A stretch of DNA of 57,216 nt from Alphaproteobacteria bacterium. Lineage in GTDB: Bacteria; Pseudomonadota; Alphaproteobacteria; JBCCNR01. Both the position numbers and the translations under genes were made by a program. The first letter of the stretch is position 1. Every line of letters starts with the position of its first letter. The stretch lies in contig JBLHTX010000001.1 in NCBI GenBank assembly GCA_047627635.1, forward strand, positions 1 through 57,216, in the 5' to 3' direction. Below, one piece after another: positions 10,318 through 19,818 of the stretch. The notes beneath the pieces were generated by a model. That model was given only the letters and a program-made list of their open reading frames with translations. It searched no databases and had not been told where the DNA came from.

Positions 10318-11109
10318 ATGTCACACAATATACACCCAACAGCGATCATAAGCACTACTGCAAAAATCTCTAAAACAGCAAAAGTTGGTGCTTATTGTAT
10401 TATTGGTGACGATGTGATATTGCATGATAATGTTACATTAAAGTCGCATATATGTATTGATGGCGTTACACAAATTGGTGAAAATACACTGATTCATCCC
10501 TTTTCTTCTATTGGATCGGTGCCTCAAGATTTAAAATATCAAGGGGAGGCAGGGCAATTAAAAATTGGAAAAAATAACATCATCCGCGAACATGTTACGA
10601 TTAATATTGGCACTATGGGTGGCGGTATGGTGACATCCGTTGGTGATAATAATTTGTTAATGACAGGTGTACATATTGGGCATGATTGTCATGTTGGAAA
10701 TCATGTTATTTTGGTCAATAATGCAACTTTGGCTGGGCATGTTACCATTGGTGATGGTGCTGTTTTAGGTGGATTATCTGCCGTGCATCAATTTTGTCGT
10801 ATCGGTCAACTTGCGATGATCGGTGGCATGAGTGGTGTTGAGAATGATGTTATTCCATTCGGTACTGTTATGGGCAATCGTGCGATCTTAAAAGGGCTTA
10901 ACTTAATCGGCCTTGATCGGGCAAATTATGAAAAAAGCGATATTCATTCTATGCGTAATGCATATAAAAAACTTTTTGATAAAGCCAATGGTTCGTTCGA
11001 TAGTCGTATTCAAGCGATTGCAGATGAATATCCAGATTCTCCGCTCGTTTCCGAGGTTATTTCCTTTTTAAGGCAGCCCACTAAAAGACGTTATGTTATG
11101 CCTGATTGA
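10318..11109 (+). CDS. lpxA: UDP-N-acetylglucosamine acyltransferase
   Basis: 263 aa with an N-terminal IHPTAII motif, hexapeptide repeats and a C-terminal helical domain. Confidence 0.96.
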   Translation: MSHNIHPTAIISTTAKISKTAKVGAYCIIGDDVILHDNVTLKSHICIDGVTQIGENTLIHPFSSIGSVPQDLKYQGEAGQLKIGKNNIIREHVTINIGTMGGGMVTSVGDNNLLMTGVHIGHDCHVGNHVILVNNATLAGHVTIGDGAVLGGLSAVHQFCRIGQLAMIGGMSGVENDVIPFGTVMGNRAILKGLNLIGLDRANYEKSDIHSMRNAYKKLFDKANGSFDSRIQAIADEYPDSPLVSEVISFLRQPTKRRYVMPD

Positions 11110-11118
11110 GTAATTTTT

Positions 11119-11934
11119 ATGAAAATTGCGCTTATTAATTGTCGTGGTCATTTACCTGTTGCTGTTTTTAATCATCTTAAAGCGCAAAATCATGAAGTGC
11201 ATATTATTTCTTTTCAAGAAGTAAAGGCAGAAATGGATGCTGATTTATATGCATCACTTGGGCAGATTGGTAAAATATTTCGCTATTTAAAAAAGCATAA
11301 AATTAACAATATGGTACTTGCGGGTGCTATGACACGCCCACAATTATTGAAATTACGATTTGATTGGGTTGGCTTTAAGTTAATCCTTCAAGTGATGCGT
11401 TTTTTGAAAAAAGGCGATGACACGCTTTTACGGTTTATATGTCAATATATTGAAAATCATGCCGTTAAAATATGGTCTATTGCTGAATTATGCCCACAAT
11501 TATTAATGCCAATTGGGTGTTTGACATCACACACAATCACTCCTGAAGTTTTAGCATCTATTGATTTAGGAAAAAAAGTCTTAAATCACATGGCAGAGTT
11601 TGATATTGGGCAATCAATTGCTGTCTCCGATCAAGTAATCGTCGCCATTGAAACGCTTGAGGGAACAGATGCCATGATTGACAAAGTTGCGACAATTGAA
11701 CCCCATCGCATGAATAGCCTATCTCGGCCTGTATTTATTAAAATGCGTAAGAAAAATCAATCAAACTTGGTCGATTTACCGACAATTGGAATTAAAACAA
11801 TTGATAACTTAGCCAAAGCAAATTTTTCAGTTGCTGCCTTCGAGGCTAAGGGATGTCTGATTATTGATATAGATCATGTCATTGAGCGTGCTAAAAAGCA
11901 TAAAATTATGCTCGTTGGATTTTATAATGACTAA
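11119..11934 (+). CDS. lpxI: UDP-2,3-diacylglucosamine pyrophosphatase LpxI (DUF1009 family)
   Basis: 271 aa lying between lpxA and lpxB, as in alphaproteobacteria that lack lpxH. It carries GQSI.V....V.AIE..EGTD and DLPTIG motifs. Confidence 0.85.
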   Translation: MKIALINCRGHLPVAVFNHLKAQNHEVHIISFQEVKAEMDADLYASLGQIGKIFRYLKKHKINNMVLAGAMTRPQLLKLRFDWVGFKLILQVMRFLKKGDDTLLRFICQYIENHAVKIWSIAELCPQLLMPIGCLTSHTITPEVLASIDLGKKVLNHMAEFDIGQSIAVSDQVIVAIETLEGTDAMIDKVATIEPHRMNSLSRPVFIKMRKKNQSNLVDLPTIGIKTIDNLAKANFSVAAFEAKGCLIIDIDHVIERAKKHKIMLVGFYND

Positions 11935-13093
11935 GATAATGATGATTTGTGCCGAGAGTTCAGGTGATTTTTTAGCTGCTGAATTGGTTGATAGCTTAAA
12001 AAATAAAGATAGCACGCTTGAATTTACAGATTCTGTTATCGGTAGTGAATGCCAAAAAAGAGGGCTTAACAGTATTATCGATTTGTCCGTGATTGCTAAA
12101 ATGGGTTTTGTCGAAATTTTAACGCTTATTCCGACGCTTTTTAAATTGCGGTCACAAATTTTAAAAATCATTGAAATGCAAAAGCCCGATTGTATTATAC
12201 TGGTCGATGGTTTTGCATTTACGCATTTTGTTGCCAAGAAAATTAGAAAAAAATATCCTCATATTAAGCTCGTAAAATATATCGCACCAAAATTATGGGC
12301 GTGGGCACCGTGGCGTGCATATAAATTACGAGGTGTTTACGATTTAATTTTATCTTGTCTGCCATTTGAAACTGAATTTTTTAAGCAAAAAAATATTGAT
12401 GTTACATTCGTTGGTCATTCTGTATTGCAACGCATTAAAATGCTGAATAGCCAAGAAAAACAAAATTTTAAACAGCTACACCAGATACCGAATGATAAAA
12501 AAGTTATTTTGCTTTTACCCGGTAGCCGCCATGCTGAAATTATTATGCTCAAGCCAATTTTCCTGAATACTGCTTATAAATTTGACACACAAACACATCA
12601 TTTTATTGTACCAATCGCAAGTGGCAAGGCGCATTATTTTGCAGATTTACCAAAAAATTATACAGTGATTACCCAAACCGAGGATCGCTTTAAGGCATTT
12701 CAAATTTCAGATACCGCTTTGGCCGCCAGTGGCACTGTTTCCCTTGAATTGATGGTTTGCCAAGTGCCAACAGTAATTGCTTATAAAGTGTCATGGCTTA
12801 CTGCAAAGATTGCGCAATGGTTGGTGAACGTCCCTTACGTAACATTATTAAATATTATGATGAATAAAGAAATTTTTCCCGAGTTTTTACAAAATAATTG
12901 TCAGGTAAATAGTCTATATCTAGCACTTTATAAAAACCTATATGATATAAAAACAATTGATTATCAGAAGCAATATTGCATAAAAGGCACAAATTCACTT
13001 TCTACTTATAATGAAAATAATACCAAAATCCCTCCAAATAGTGCCGCAGCAGATCAAATATTGACATTATTAGGCGCACTTAAAATGCATTAA
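11927..13093 (+). CDS. lpxB: Lipid-A-disaccharide synthase
   Basis: N-terminus MTKIMMICAESSGDFLAAELV. I chose the ATG at 11927 (8-nt overlap with lpxI). The ORF track extends to 11876. Confidence 0.92.
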   Translation: MTKIMMICAESSGDFLAAELVDSLKNKDSTLEFTDSVIGSECQKRGLNSIIDLSVIAKMGFVEILTLIPTLFKLRSQILKIIEMQKPDCIILVDGFAFTHFVAKKIRKKYPHIKLVKYIAPKLWAWAPWRAYKLRGVYDLILSCLPFETEFFKQKNIDVTFVGHSVLQRIKMLNSQEKQNFKQLHQIPNDKKVILLLPGSRHAEIIMLKPIFLNTAYKFDTQTHHFIVPIASGKAHYFADLPKNYTVITQTEDRFKAFQISDTALAASGTVSLELMVCQVPTVIAYKVSWLTAKIAQWLVNVPYVTLLNIMMNKEIFPEFLQNNCQVNSLYLALYKNLYDIKTIDYQKQYCIKGTNSLSTYNENNTKIPPNSAAADQILTLLGALKMH

Positions 13094-13127
13094 TGCATTG
13101 TTACCAAAACTATGTTACCCTTAATTT

Positions 13128-13460
13128 ATGGGGCACTTATTAAAAATTATTTTAACATTTTTCATTATATGTATATTGGGTTTTTCCACTATTGCAGGGG
13201 CTGCCTTATGCAATATGAATTCTAGTGATCAAATAAGCGATCAACAAGTAATGCTTGATTGTCATAATATGCAACAAACATCAGATAATAAAATACCACA
13301 AAAATATAGCTGTGATCATTGTTTCCATTGCATGCAGTCCGTTGTTATGGAAATGATGCCATATCAAATTACAGCACTTCAGGCAGTGCAGTATATTTCA
13401 ACTGTCACCAGTTTTACGACCTATTTCCATACGCTCGAAAGCCCTCCTCCGACACGTTAA
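13128..13460 (+). CDS. Small exported or membrane Cys/His-rich protein, possibly metal-binding (DUF2946-like by motif recollection)
   Basis: 110 aa with an N-terminal hydrophobic segment, CDHCFHC and LDCH motifs, and a C-terminus ..ESPPPTR. It is the first gene of a co-directional four-gene set that ends with the MerP-like and MerT-like genes. Confidence 0.5.
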   Translation: MGHLLKIILTFFIICILGFSTIAGAALCNMNSSDQISDQQVMLDCHNMQQTSDNKIPQKYSCDHCFHCMQSVVMEMMPYQITALQAVQYISTVTSFTTYFHTLESPPPTR

Positions 13461-13507
13461 AGTATATTTATTTATGTTTAAAATACTTTAACTTATATGG
13501 AAACATT

Positions 13508-14149
13508 ATGAAACAACCATTTTTATGGCTTTTAAGCCTTTGGGTTGTGCTGTTTTCTGGAATTTTATATGCAAGACCAGTCTCTTATCCTGATGGATGG
13601 ACGCTTATGACCAATCATGATGCGTTCGAGAATGATCTTCATATCCACTATACGCCAAATATAAATTATTCGGTTGGATATAAAGGCATATATTTTCAAG
13701 AAAATAACGCACAATTTCATGGAATACAGTTTAATTATCTGCTTAAACGGATCAATAAACGTGCCTCACAAGCAAACTTCTACCTTAAATCAGGCATTGG
13801 TATGCATCATATAGATAATGATAATGCCTTTGCTGGATTTACTGGCTTTGCCGCAGATTGGGAAGATCGAGACTATTTCGTTATGTATGAAAACCGTCTG
13901 TTTGAGAGTGCAAATTTAGACAGAAACTTTATGCAAAAATCCCGCATCGGCATTACACCTTATGTTGGCGATTATGGCGACTTGCATACATGGTTTATGC
14001 TTCAAGCCATGCATCGCCCTAATAGTTTAGACAATAAAGACAAAGTCACTATTACCCCTATGTTTCGATTTTTTAAGGATGACTATCTCGGTGAGGTGGG
14101 CGTTTCGAGTCGTGGTCAATTTATGTTCAATTTAATTATTCGACATTAA
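13508..14149 (+). CDS. Secreted His/aromatic-rich protein, plausibly a small outer-membrane beta-barrel
   Basis: 213 aa from the ATG at 13508, with signal peptide MKQPFLWLLSLWVVLFSGILYA. It has about 8-10 alternating amphipathic strands (HIHYTPNINYSVGYKGIYF, FHGIQFNYLL, VTITPMFRFF, GQFMFNLIIRH). I matched it to no family. Confidence 0.55.
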   Translation: MKQPFLWLLSLWVVLFSGILYARPVSYPDGWTLMTNHDAFENDLHIHYTPNINYSVGYKGIYFQENNAQFHGIQFNYLLKRINKRASQANFYLKSGIGMHHIDNDNAFAGFTGFAADWEDRDYFVMYENRLFESANLDRNFMQKSRIGITPYVGDYGDLHTWFMLQAMHRPNSLDNKDKVTITPMFRFFKDDYLGEVGVSSRGQFMFNLIIRH

Positions 14150-14161
14150 CAAGGTACTCTT

Positions 14162-14455
14162 ATGAAAAAACTATTTTTATCTCTTATGCTTTTAATTGCA
14201 ACAAGCACGTTGGCATTTGCTGAAAAGGCACAGATCACGATCAATGGCATCGTGTGCGATTTTTGTGCACGCGCTCTCGAAAAAACATTCTCTAAACAAG
14301 AGGAAGTTGAAAAAATTAATGTTAATCTTGATACAGGTATTGTCATTGTTAACTTTATTAATGGCAAAACTTTGGATGATGAAAGTCTGAAACAAACTGT
14401 GCTTGATGCTGGATATAATATTGAGACAATCACAAGAATCAAAGATGCGGAATAA
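14162..14455 (+). CDS. Periplasmic heavy-metal-associated (HMA) domain protein, MerP-like
   Basis: 97 aa. Signal peptide MKKLFLSLMLLIATSTLAFA, then a ferredoxin-like HMA fold with the metal loop GIVCDFC (compare MerP GMTCAAC). Confidence 0.85.
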   Translation: MKKLFLSLMLLIATSTLAFAEKAQITINGIVCDFCARALEKTFSKQEEVEKINVNLDTGIVIVNFINGKTLDDESLKQTVLDAGYNIETITRIKDAE

Positions 14456-14816
14456 ACCCTTTTTAAGCGCTGTCATAAGTTTAATCACCACCTCTGGCAC
14501 TTTAATATGCTGTGCTTTACCAGCTTTGTTCGTTACTTTTGGAGCTGGTGTTGTACTTGCTGGGCTTGTATCCGATTTCCCGTGGTTAATTTCATTGTCG
14601 AAACACAAAGAGATTATCTTTTTGGCGGCAGCTTTGGCATTAATTGTGGCTGGAATTATGCAATATCGGGCAAAGTTTATGCCTTGTCCGATTGATAAAA
14701 ATCAAGCTTTTACATGTATGCGAATACGTAAAATATCACTTTATGTATATATTTTTTCTGTGATTGTTTTTTGTTTTGGCTTGTTCTTTAGCTTCATTGC
14801 TCAGCATTTGATTTAA
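14445..14816 (+). CDS. MerT-like three-TM metal transport protein
   Basis: 123 aa from the ATG at 14445, overlapping the upstream stop by 11 nt. TM1 carries the vicinal pair ICCALP (compare MerT CCLGP). The loop after TM2 carries CPIDKNQAFTC (compare the MerT cytoplasmic Cys pair). Size and topology match MerT. Confidence 0.72.
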   Translation: MRNKPFLSAVISLITTSGTLICCALPALFVTFGAGVVLAGLVSDFPWLISLSKHKEIIFLAAALALIVAGIMQYRAKFMPCPIDKNQAFTCMRIRKISLYVYIFSVIVFCFGLFFSFIAQHLI

Positions 14817-14823
14817 AAAAATA

Positions 14824-14866
14824 TTTATATGTAATGTTTTATAAAATTTAAAACATTACATATAAA
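14824..14866. terminator. Perfect 17-bp-stem hairpin between convergent genes (probable bidirectional terminator)
   Basis: tttatatgtaatgtttt (14824-14840), a 9-nt loop, then aaaacattacatataaa (14850-14866). It lies between the MerT-like stop (14816) and the lepA stop (14923). Confidence 0.7.
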
Positions 14867-14922
14867 GCAATGATTGTATGGTGATAATCGTTTTTAACTC
14901 AATTAGATGGATATATATTTCT

Positions 14923-16725
14923 TTAAACGTCGCTTTTTAAAGCCGCAATAAAGGCTTCTTGTGGGATTTCAACACGACCAAATTGACGCATTTTCTTTTT
15001 ACCCGCTTTTTGTTTTTCAAGAAGCTTCTTCTTACGAGAAATATCGCCACCATAGCATTTTGCAGTCACATCTTTTCGCATCGCTGAAATTGTTTCTCGT
15101 GCAACAATACGGCCACCAATAGCCGCTTGAATTGGAATTTGAAACATATGACGTGGGATAAGTTCTTTAAGTTTTTCACACATTTGACGGCCACGTGCCT
15201 CCCCACGATCCCGATGCACAATCATTGATAAAGCATCAACAGGTTCAGCATTAACAAGGATTTGCATTTTAACCAAGCTCTCGGTTTCATAACCATCAAA
15301 CTCATAGTCAAAACTTGCATAGCCCTTTGAGACTGATTTAAGGCGATCATAAAAATCGAATACAATCTCATTGAGGGGTAAACGATATTCAACCACAGCA
15401 CGCGTTCCTGCATAGCCTAGGTCTATTTGAACACCACGACGCTCTTCGCATAATTTTAATACAGATCCTAAGTAAGTATCAGGCACATAAATTTTTGCTT
15501 TAATCCATGGTTCTTTTATATGATCAATATATGTCGGATCAGGCATATCAGTGGGGTTATGCATTTCAATAACAGAACCATCATTCATGTTCATTTCATA
15601 TACAACAGAAGGGGCAGTTGTAATTAAATCAACATCATATTCCCGATCAAGGCGTTCACGGATGATTTCAAGATGTAATAATCCTAAAAACCCACATCTG
15701 AAACCAAAGCCTAAAGCCGAGGAGTTTTCCATTTCATAGGTAAAGCTAGCGTCATTAAGGGCTAGCTTGGCAAGCGAGTCACGTAGATGTTCAAACTGTG
15801 ATGCATCAACGGGGAATAAACCACAAAACACAACTGATTGTACTTCTCTAAAGCCATCAAGCGCCTTGTCACATGGCTTGCGATCGTCTGTGACTGTGTC
15901 GCCAACTTTTGCATCGGCAACTTGTTTAATCGCTGCAGTAATAAATCCAAGTTCTCCAGGGCCTAAGCTATCGACCATAATTTCTTTGGGGGTAAAAACA
16001 CCAACACGGTCAGGTGAATATTTCGCCCCTGTATTCATAAATTTTACTTTTTGGTTTTTATGTAATGTGCCATCGAAAACACGTACTAAAACGACAACAC
16101 CTAAATAGGTGTCATACCAACTATCAACAATTAAGGCTTTAAGCGGAGCATTAGGATCGCCTTTTGGTGCAGGAATACCCGTTACAATTTGCTCAAGTAC
16201 TTGGTCAATATTAAGCCCTGTTTTTGCCGAAATGCCAGGTGCATTACTACAATCAAGCCCAATCATATCTTCAATTTCTGCTTTAACTTTTTCAGGCTCA
16301 GCGGCGGGTAAATCAATTTTATTTAAGACAGGTAAAATTTCGTGATTGGCATCAAGTGCTTGATATACGTTTGCCAATGTTTGTGCTTCAACGCCTTGTG
16401 CAGCGTCAACAATCAATAATGAGCCTTCACACGCTTGCAAGGAGCGTGACACTTCATAGGCAAAATCAACATGACCAGGGGTGTCAATCAAATTAAAAAC
16501 ATAGTCTGTGCCATCTTTTGCTTTGTAATTTAAACGCACAGTTTGAGATTTGATGGTAATGCCGCGTTCTTTTTCAATATCCATATTGTCAAGTACTTGC
16601 TGTGACATTTCACGATTGGTTAGACCCCCACATAATTGAATAATACGATCTGCAAGGGTTGATTTTCCATGATCGATATGGGCAATAATTGAAAAATTAC
16701 GAATTTTACTAATGTCGGTTGTCAT
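14923..16725 (-). CDS. lepA: Elongation factor 4 (LepA)
   Basis: 600 aa with [28 protein letters not shown] and NKIDL G-motifs, and the LepA-specific C-terminal domain. Confidence 0.98.
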   Translation of the reverse strand: MTTDISKIRNFSIIAHIDHGKSTLADRIIQLCGGLTNREMSQQVLDNMDIEKERGITIKSQTVRLNYKAKDGTDYVFNLIDTPGHVDFAYEVSRSLQACEGSLLIVDAAQGVEAQTLANVYQALDANHEILPVLNKIDLPAAEPEKVKAEIEDMIGLDCSNAPGISAKTGLNIDQVLEQIVTGIPAPKGDPNAPLKALIVDSWYDTYLGVVVLVRVFDGTLHKNQKVKFMNTGAKYSPDRVGVFTPKEIMVDSLGPGELGFITAAIKQVADAKVGDTVTDDRKPCDKALDGFREVQSVVFCGLFPVDASQFEHLRDSLAKLALNDASFTYEMENSSALGFGFRCGFLGLLHLEIIRERLDREYDVDLITTAPSVVYEMNMNDGSVIEMHNPTDMPDPTYIDHIKEPWIKAKIYVPDTYLGSVLKLCEERRGVQIDLGYAGTRAVVEYRLPLNEIVFDFYDRLKSVSKGYASFDYEFDGYETESLVKMQILVNAEPVDALSMIVHRDRGEARGRQMCEKLKELIPRHMFQIPIQAAIGGRIVARETISAMRKDVTAKCYGGDISRKKKLLEKQKAGKKKMRQFGRVEIPQEAFIAALKSDV

Positions 16726-17073
16726 AGGGCATTATTTTCATGTCAGAATAGTTTTTTATCATTTTGTCTTTATTATATTGTATCATTAAAACAAGCAAGA
16801 AAAACATCATTATAACATCTTCCACGGCTAAGCTATTATTACCATTAAATTATTTTAAGGTTTTTTAATATGGCATATTGAGCTTTTAATTTTTTTTATT
16901 TTTTGTTAAAAAAATATTGTCAATGATGCTGATTTACGATAATAACATTTTTCAAGCATGCTATGTATAATTAAACATAATAAAACTATGGTGTGCCAGC
17001 AATATCTAATTGCGTTATTAAAATAATAATTGGCCCCTTGTGTCCTTTCAACAAAATAAGGAATTAAACGATT

Positions 17074-17772
17074 ATGCTTAAAGCATCTTGTATCTTACTA
17101 TCTTTACTCTGTATTACTGCGTGTGGTATGCAAAATTCAAATATTACCAATAGGTCAGATTTTTATGCTGATCAAGCAAGTATTACGAAGAAAATGGATC
17201 TTTTAGATAGCGATAAAAATCTTGGCATTACACGCAATTTAAAGAAAATAACAGAAGAAATAGTCGATAGTAAAAAAAATATTCACGCAAAAACTGTCAC
17301 TATTAATGAAACAATTAATATGAAAAATGTTTCAGGACAGGCAGAAGCTGTTTTTCTTTTTGATAGTGCCAATCAAAGACGTTCAGGAAAACGAATGATT
17401 ACACTTAATGACGATGGTTCAGCATCATTAGAAGAAATTGTTCAAAATTTTGAAATATCAAAATATAAGGCAATCGCAAACGATCGCTTCTCTTCAAAAA
17501 AGCGAAACACCGCTATTTCGAATAATGCTATTTCGAATAATGCTTCCAAAATGAAGCCCATACAAAACACAATACAAGCTTCAAAAATATCTAAAATACC
17601 ATTAGAAGCAACTGGGAGTATTAAAGCGAAAGATATGCCATCTGTTATTATTAAAGATATTAAAGATACTTCTAGTTTATCAAATATGAATTTAATAAAG
17701 CAAGATATTGCTATGATTAAAAATGCAAATATATCGCATGAAAAACCAAACAATATTCACCAGTGGCTTTGA
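17074..17772 (+). CDS. Hypothetical lipoprotein
   Basis: 232 aa with lipobox LLCITAC|G. It is Asn/Ser/Lys-rich and contains a 15-bp x2 in-frame repeat (17512-17541, AISNN AISNN). I recognised no family. Confidence 0.65.
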   Translation: MLKASCILLSLLCITACGMQNSNITNRSDFYADQASITKKMDLLDSDKNLGITRNLKKITEEIVDSKKNIHAKTVTINETINMKNVSGQAEAVFLFDSANQRRSGKRMITLNDDGSASLEEIVQNFEISKYKAIANDRFSSKKRNTAISNNAISNNASKMKPIQNTIQASKISKIPLEATGSIKAKDMPSVIIKDIKDTSSLSNMNLIKQDIAMIKNANISHEKPNNIHQWL

Positions 17773-17785
17773 TTTTAAAATAGTG

Positions 17786-17811
17786 TAAGAAGCTGAGTAA
17801 TCGGCTTCTTA
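17786..17811. terminator. Short hairpin between convergent genes
   Basis: taagaagc (17786-17793), a 10-nt loop, then gcttctta (17804-17811). There is no clear U-tract, so this is a weak call. Confidence 0.3.
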
Positions 17812-17812
17812 A

Positions 17813-18376
17813 TTAATCTTGCGTAATATATTCAAAATAATTGCTCATTATATTACTAAAGTGATTGTAAAACTGAATATGTGTCATTAATTTTTTTTCA
17901 AGTTTTGATAAATCTACTTTATTGGTATCATTCAATTGCTTTTGAAAAAATTGACAAATATTTTTATAATCTCGTGATAATATTTTAAATGCAGTGCAAA
18001 CTTCTTCTTGAAAATATTGTTGTGATAACTCAGTATTACTTATATTTGTACATATATCGTTAAATGATAAATCCATTGCTTGCAGACTATATTTTAAGCG
18101 TATTTTATCAAGATTAGGATTGCATTGCTGCGGATTTATATCTTGAACTTTAAAGCCAAAACTCACTAAATCTCGATTAATTTCTTGATAGTCAATTTTT
18201 AAAGCTGATTTTTCACCTAATAAAAAGCTTAATTTGCCTGAAAAATCATTTTCTTTATGTGTTTTATGGCCACTATTCTGCGATATTTGTAAATTAATCG
18301 GCTGATTTGTCTGTATACTACCAGACTTGAATGGATGGAACGCATTAAAGGCGTGTGTGTTTTTGGATTGAGACAT
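17813..18376 (-). CDS. Hypothetical protein (187 aa), third gene of an orphan operon
   Basis: Long ORF with no signal peptide or TM segment. The N-terminus is Asn/Gln/Ser/His-rich and the C-terminal half looks helical. No family recognised. Confidence 0.6.
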   Translation of the reverse strand: MSQSKNTHAFNAFHPFKSGSIQTNQPINLQISQNSGHKTHKENDFSGKLSFLLGEKSALKIDYQEINRDLVSFGFKVQDINPQQCNPNLDKIRLKYSLQAMDLSFNDICTNISNTELSQQYFQEEVCTAFKILSRDYKNICQFFQKQLNDTNKVDLSKLEKKLMTHIQFYNHFSNIMSNYFEYITQD

Positions 18377-18412
18377 ACAATATACAAAAAATACTTTTAA
18401 ATGAACAATTAC

Positions 18413-18814
18413 TTATAGTGGAAGATTTTTCTTAGATGCAATGAGTGCTAAACACTCAATTGCCTTATGTGTACAATAGACTAGGGAAGTCATTGAGTCT
18501 GAGATCGTAATATCAAATCTACGCTGATGGTTGATTAACAAAATCTCCTCTGGAAGAGGAATAAAGTCATCACATATCCCAATTTGCGTCACAAGGCTCG
18601 ATAATATTTTTGATAAACGTGATGCATTGTGAATGAATATTTTTTCAGAAATTTCTTTACTAATCATTCTAAATTCACGCGTTAATGTACCCCATTGAAG
18701 AATAATGTTAATTAATTCATCGGATTTAAGATTAATTAATGGACGATTTTTATTATCACCTTCCATAATCGAAATTCTTTTTACAATACTATCAAATTTT
18801 TCAGACACACACAC
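18413..18814 (-). CDS. Hypothetical protein (133 aa as drawn from a GTG start), middle gene of an orphan operon
   Basis: The ORF starts inside a (GT)6 tract. An ATG at 18819 is out of frame by 2 nt, and an in-frame ATG lies at 18766. No family recognised. Confidence 0.55.
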   Translation of the reverse strand: MCVSEKFDSIVKRISIMEGDNKNRPLINLKSDELINIILQWGTLTREFRMISKEISEKIFIHNASRLSKILSSLVTQIGICDDFIPLPEEILLINHQRRFDITISDSMTSLVYCTHKAIECLALIASKKNLPL

Positions 18815-18816
18815 AC
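18805..18816. repeat. Dinucleotide repeat: (AC)6 on the + strand, (GT)6 on the coding strand
   Basis: Read directly as acacacacacac, immediately 3' of the minus-strand ATG at 18819-18817. Confidence 0.9.
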
Positions 18817-18853
18817 CATTATATAGTTTATTTAGATTAATACTTTAAAAGAA

Positions 18854-19651
18854 TTATGCCGCTGGGGCATGCATTGCTTTAGCTGAGTTTTGCATATTTA
18901 GTACCTTAGAATTAGAATTTAAATCAGGCGTTCCAGTTGATGCACTCCCTAATTGAGCCAAAAGACGAATTGCTGTTAATTGATAAATATCACCAATTTG
19001 ATCTTCAATTTTTTTGGTTACCATATTTGTAACTGACTGTGGTGCTTGCTGTAACTGGCTAATAAATTGCTGTGATTCAGTATTATTAGAAGATGTATTT
19101 TGCATGACTTCAGTGTTGTTATCCAAAACAGCATTAGCTTCCTTGGGAATGTTCTGTTTGATTAAATCCGTGATTTGTGCGTCATCTTGAAAAAATGCTT
19201 CAAAATCTTGTGCTTGTGATTTTAATGATGGTATTGGTAACTCACCAAGACTACTAGCGGGATTTAAAATTAAAGATGCAGCATTTAAGGCAAATAATTT
19301 TTTCATGGATTGACCAAGTGCAACGTCAAATTTTTTAAAACTAGCATCGCTTTTTAAATCATTGGGAAATACATCACCTTCAAAATTAAGTCCTTTGATG
19401 GCATTATGAATGATTTTACCTGAGATAATAGCACTTTTTGGGGTGTTATTGAATGATTCTGAAATTTTAAGAATGCCATCTTTATCTATATCTTGAAGGT
19501 TATTTGATAGATCGTGAAGCTTTTCGCTGCTTACAATTGATTTGGGCACCCGCATTGCGATAATTGCTATTGGAAGCTTTTCTTCATTGTTTGAAGCTTG
19601 ACGATTATTATGGTCATGCGACACATTGTTAGAACTTAATTTATTACTCAT
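18854..19651 (-). CDS. Hypothetical protein (265 aa), first gene of an orphan operon
   Basis: Long ORF with no signal peptide or TM segment. The N-terminal 30 aa are Asn/Ser/His-rich and the C-terminus is Gln/Ser/Asn-rich. No family recognised. Confidence 0.6.
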   Translation of the reverse strand: MSNKLSSNNVSHDHNNRQASNNEEKLPIAIIAMRVPKSIVSSEKLHDLSNNLQDIDKDGILKISESFNNTPKSAIISGKIIHNAIKGLNFEGDVFPNDLKSDASFKKFDVALGQSMKKLFALNAASLILNPASSLGELPIPSLKSQAQDFEAFFQDDAQITDLIKQNIPKEANAVLDNNTEVMQNTSSNNTESQQFISQLQQAPQSVTNMVTKKIEDQIGDIYQLTAIRLLAQLGSASTGTPDLNSNSKVLNMQNSAKAMHAPAA

Positions 19652-19812
19652 TTTACCCTACACACATAAAAAACCAATATATATTAAATTCACAAAAATG
19701 TCAATATTCATTTTATATGTTTTTAATATTTTATAAAAGTGCTTAAGAAGGGTGTTGTTTTGTAAAAAGAGTTTAAACGGCAATCATGTATAGCTTTTTA
19801 AGCTTTTTTTTG

Positions 19813-19818
19813 TATAAT
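19813..19818 (+). promoter_or_regulatory. Candidate -10 box (TATAAT) 7 nt upstream of the cytochrome c peroxidase ATG
   Basis: The sequence reads ttttttttgTATAATagaaactATG. There is no Shine-Dalgarno sequence between the box and the ATG, and the -35 region is poor. Confidence 0.3.

Noticed and set aside
11827-12237. A 136-aa minus-strand ORF spanning the lpxI/lpxB junction.
   Set aside because: It is antisense to two conserved lipid A genes and is a shadow ORF.
13319-13507. A 63-codon N-terminal extension of the 13319-14149 ORF, overlapping the small Cys/His protein gene.
   Set aside because: The extension has no signal-peptide logic. The ATG at 13508 gives a textbook signal peptide (MKQPFLWLLSLWVVLFSGILYA), so the upstream part is probably a chance open frame.
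14146-14608. 98-aa and 138-aa minus-strand ORFs, plus 64- and 62-aa plus-strand ORFs, over the MerP-like and MerT-like genes.
   Set aside because: They overlap genes that have clear HMA and MerT hallmarks, and they have no features of their own.
15551-16345. Plus-strand ORFs (62, 113 and 78 aa) inside lepA.
   Set aside because: They are antisense to a highly conserved GTPase gene, and their Ser/Thr/Pro-rich composition is typical of reverse-frame artefacts.
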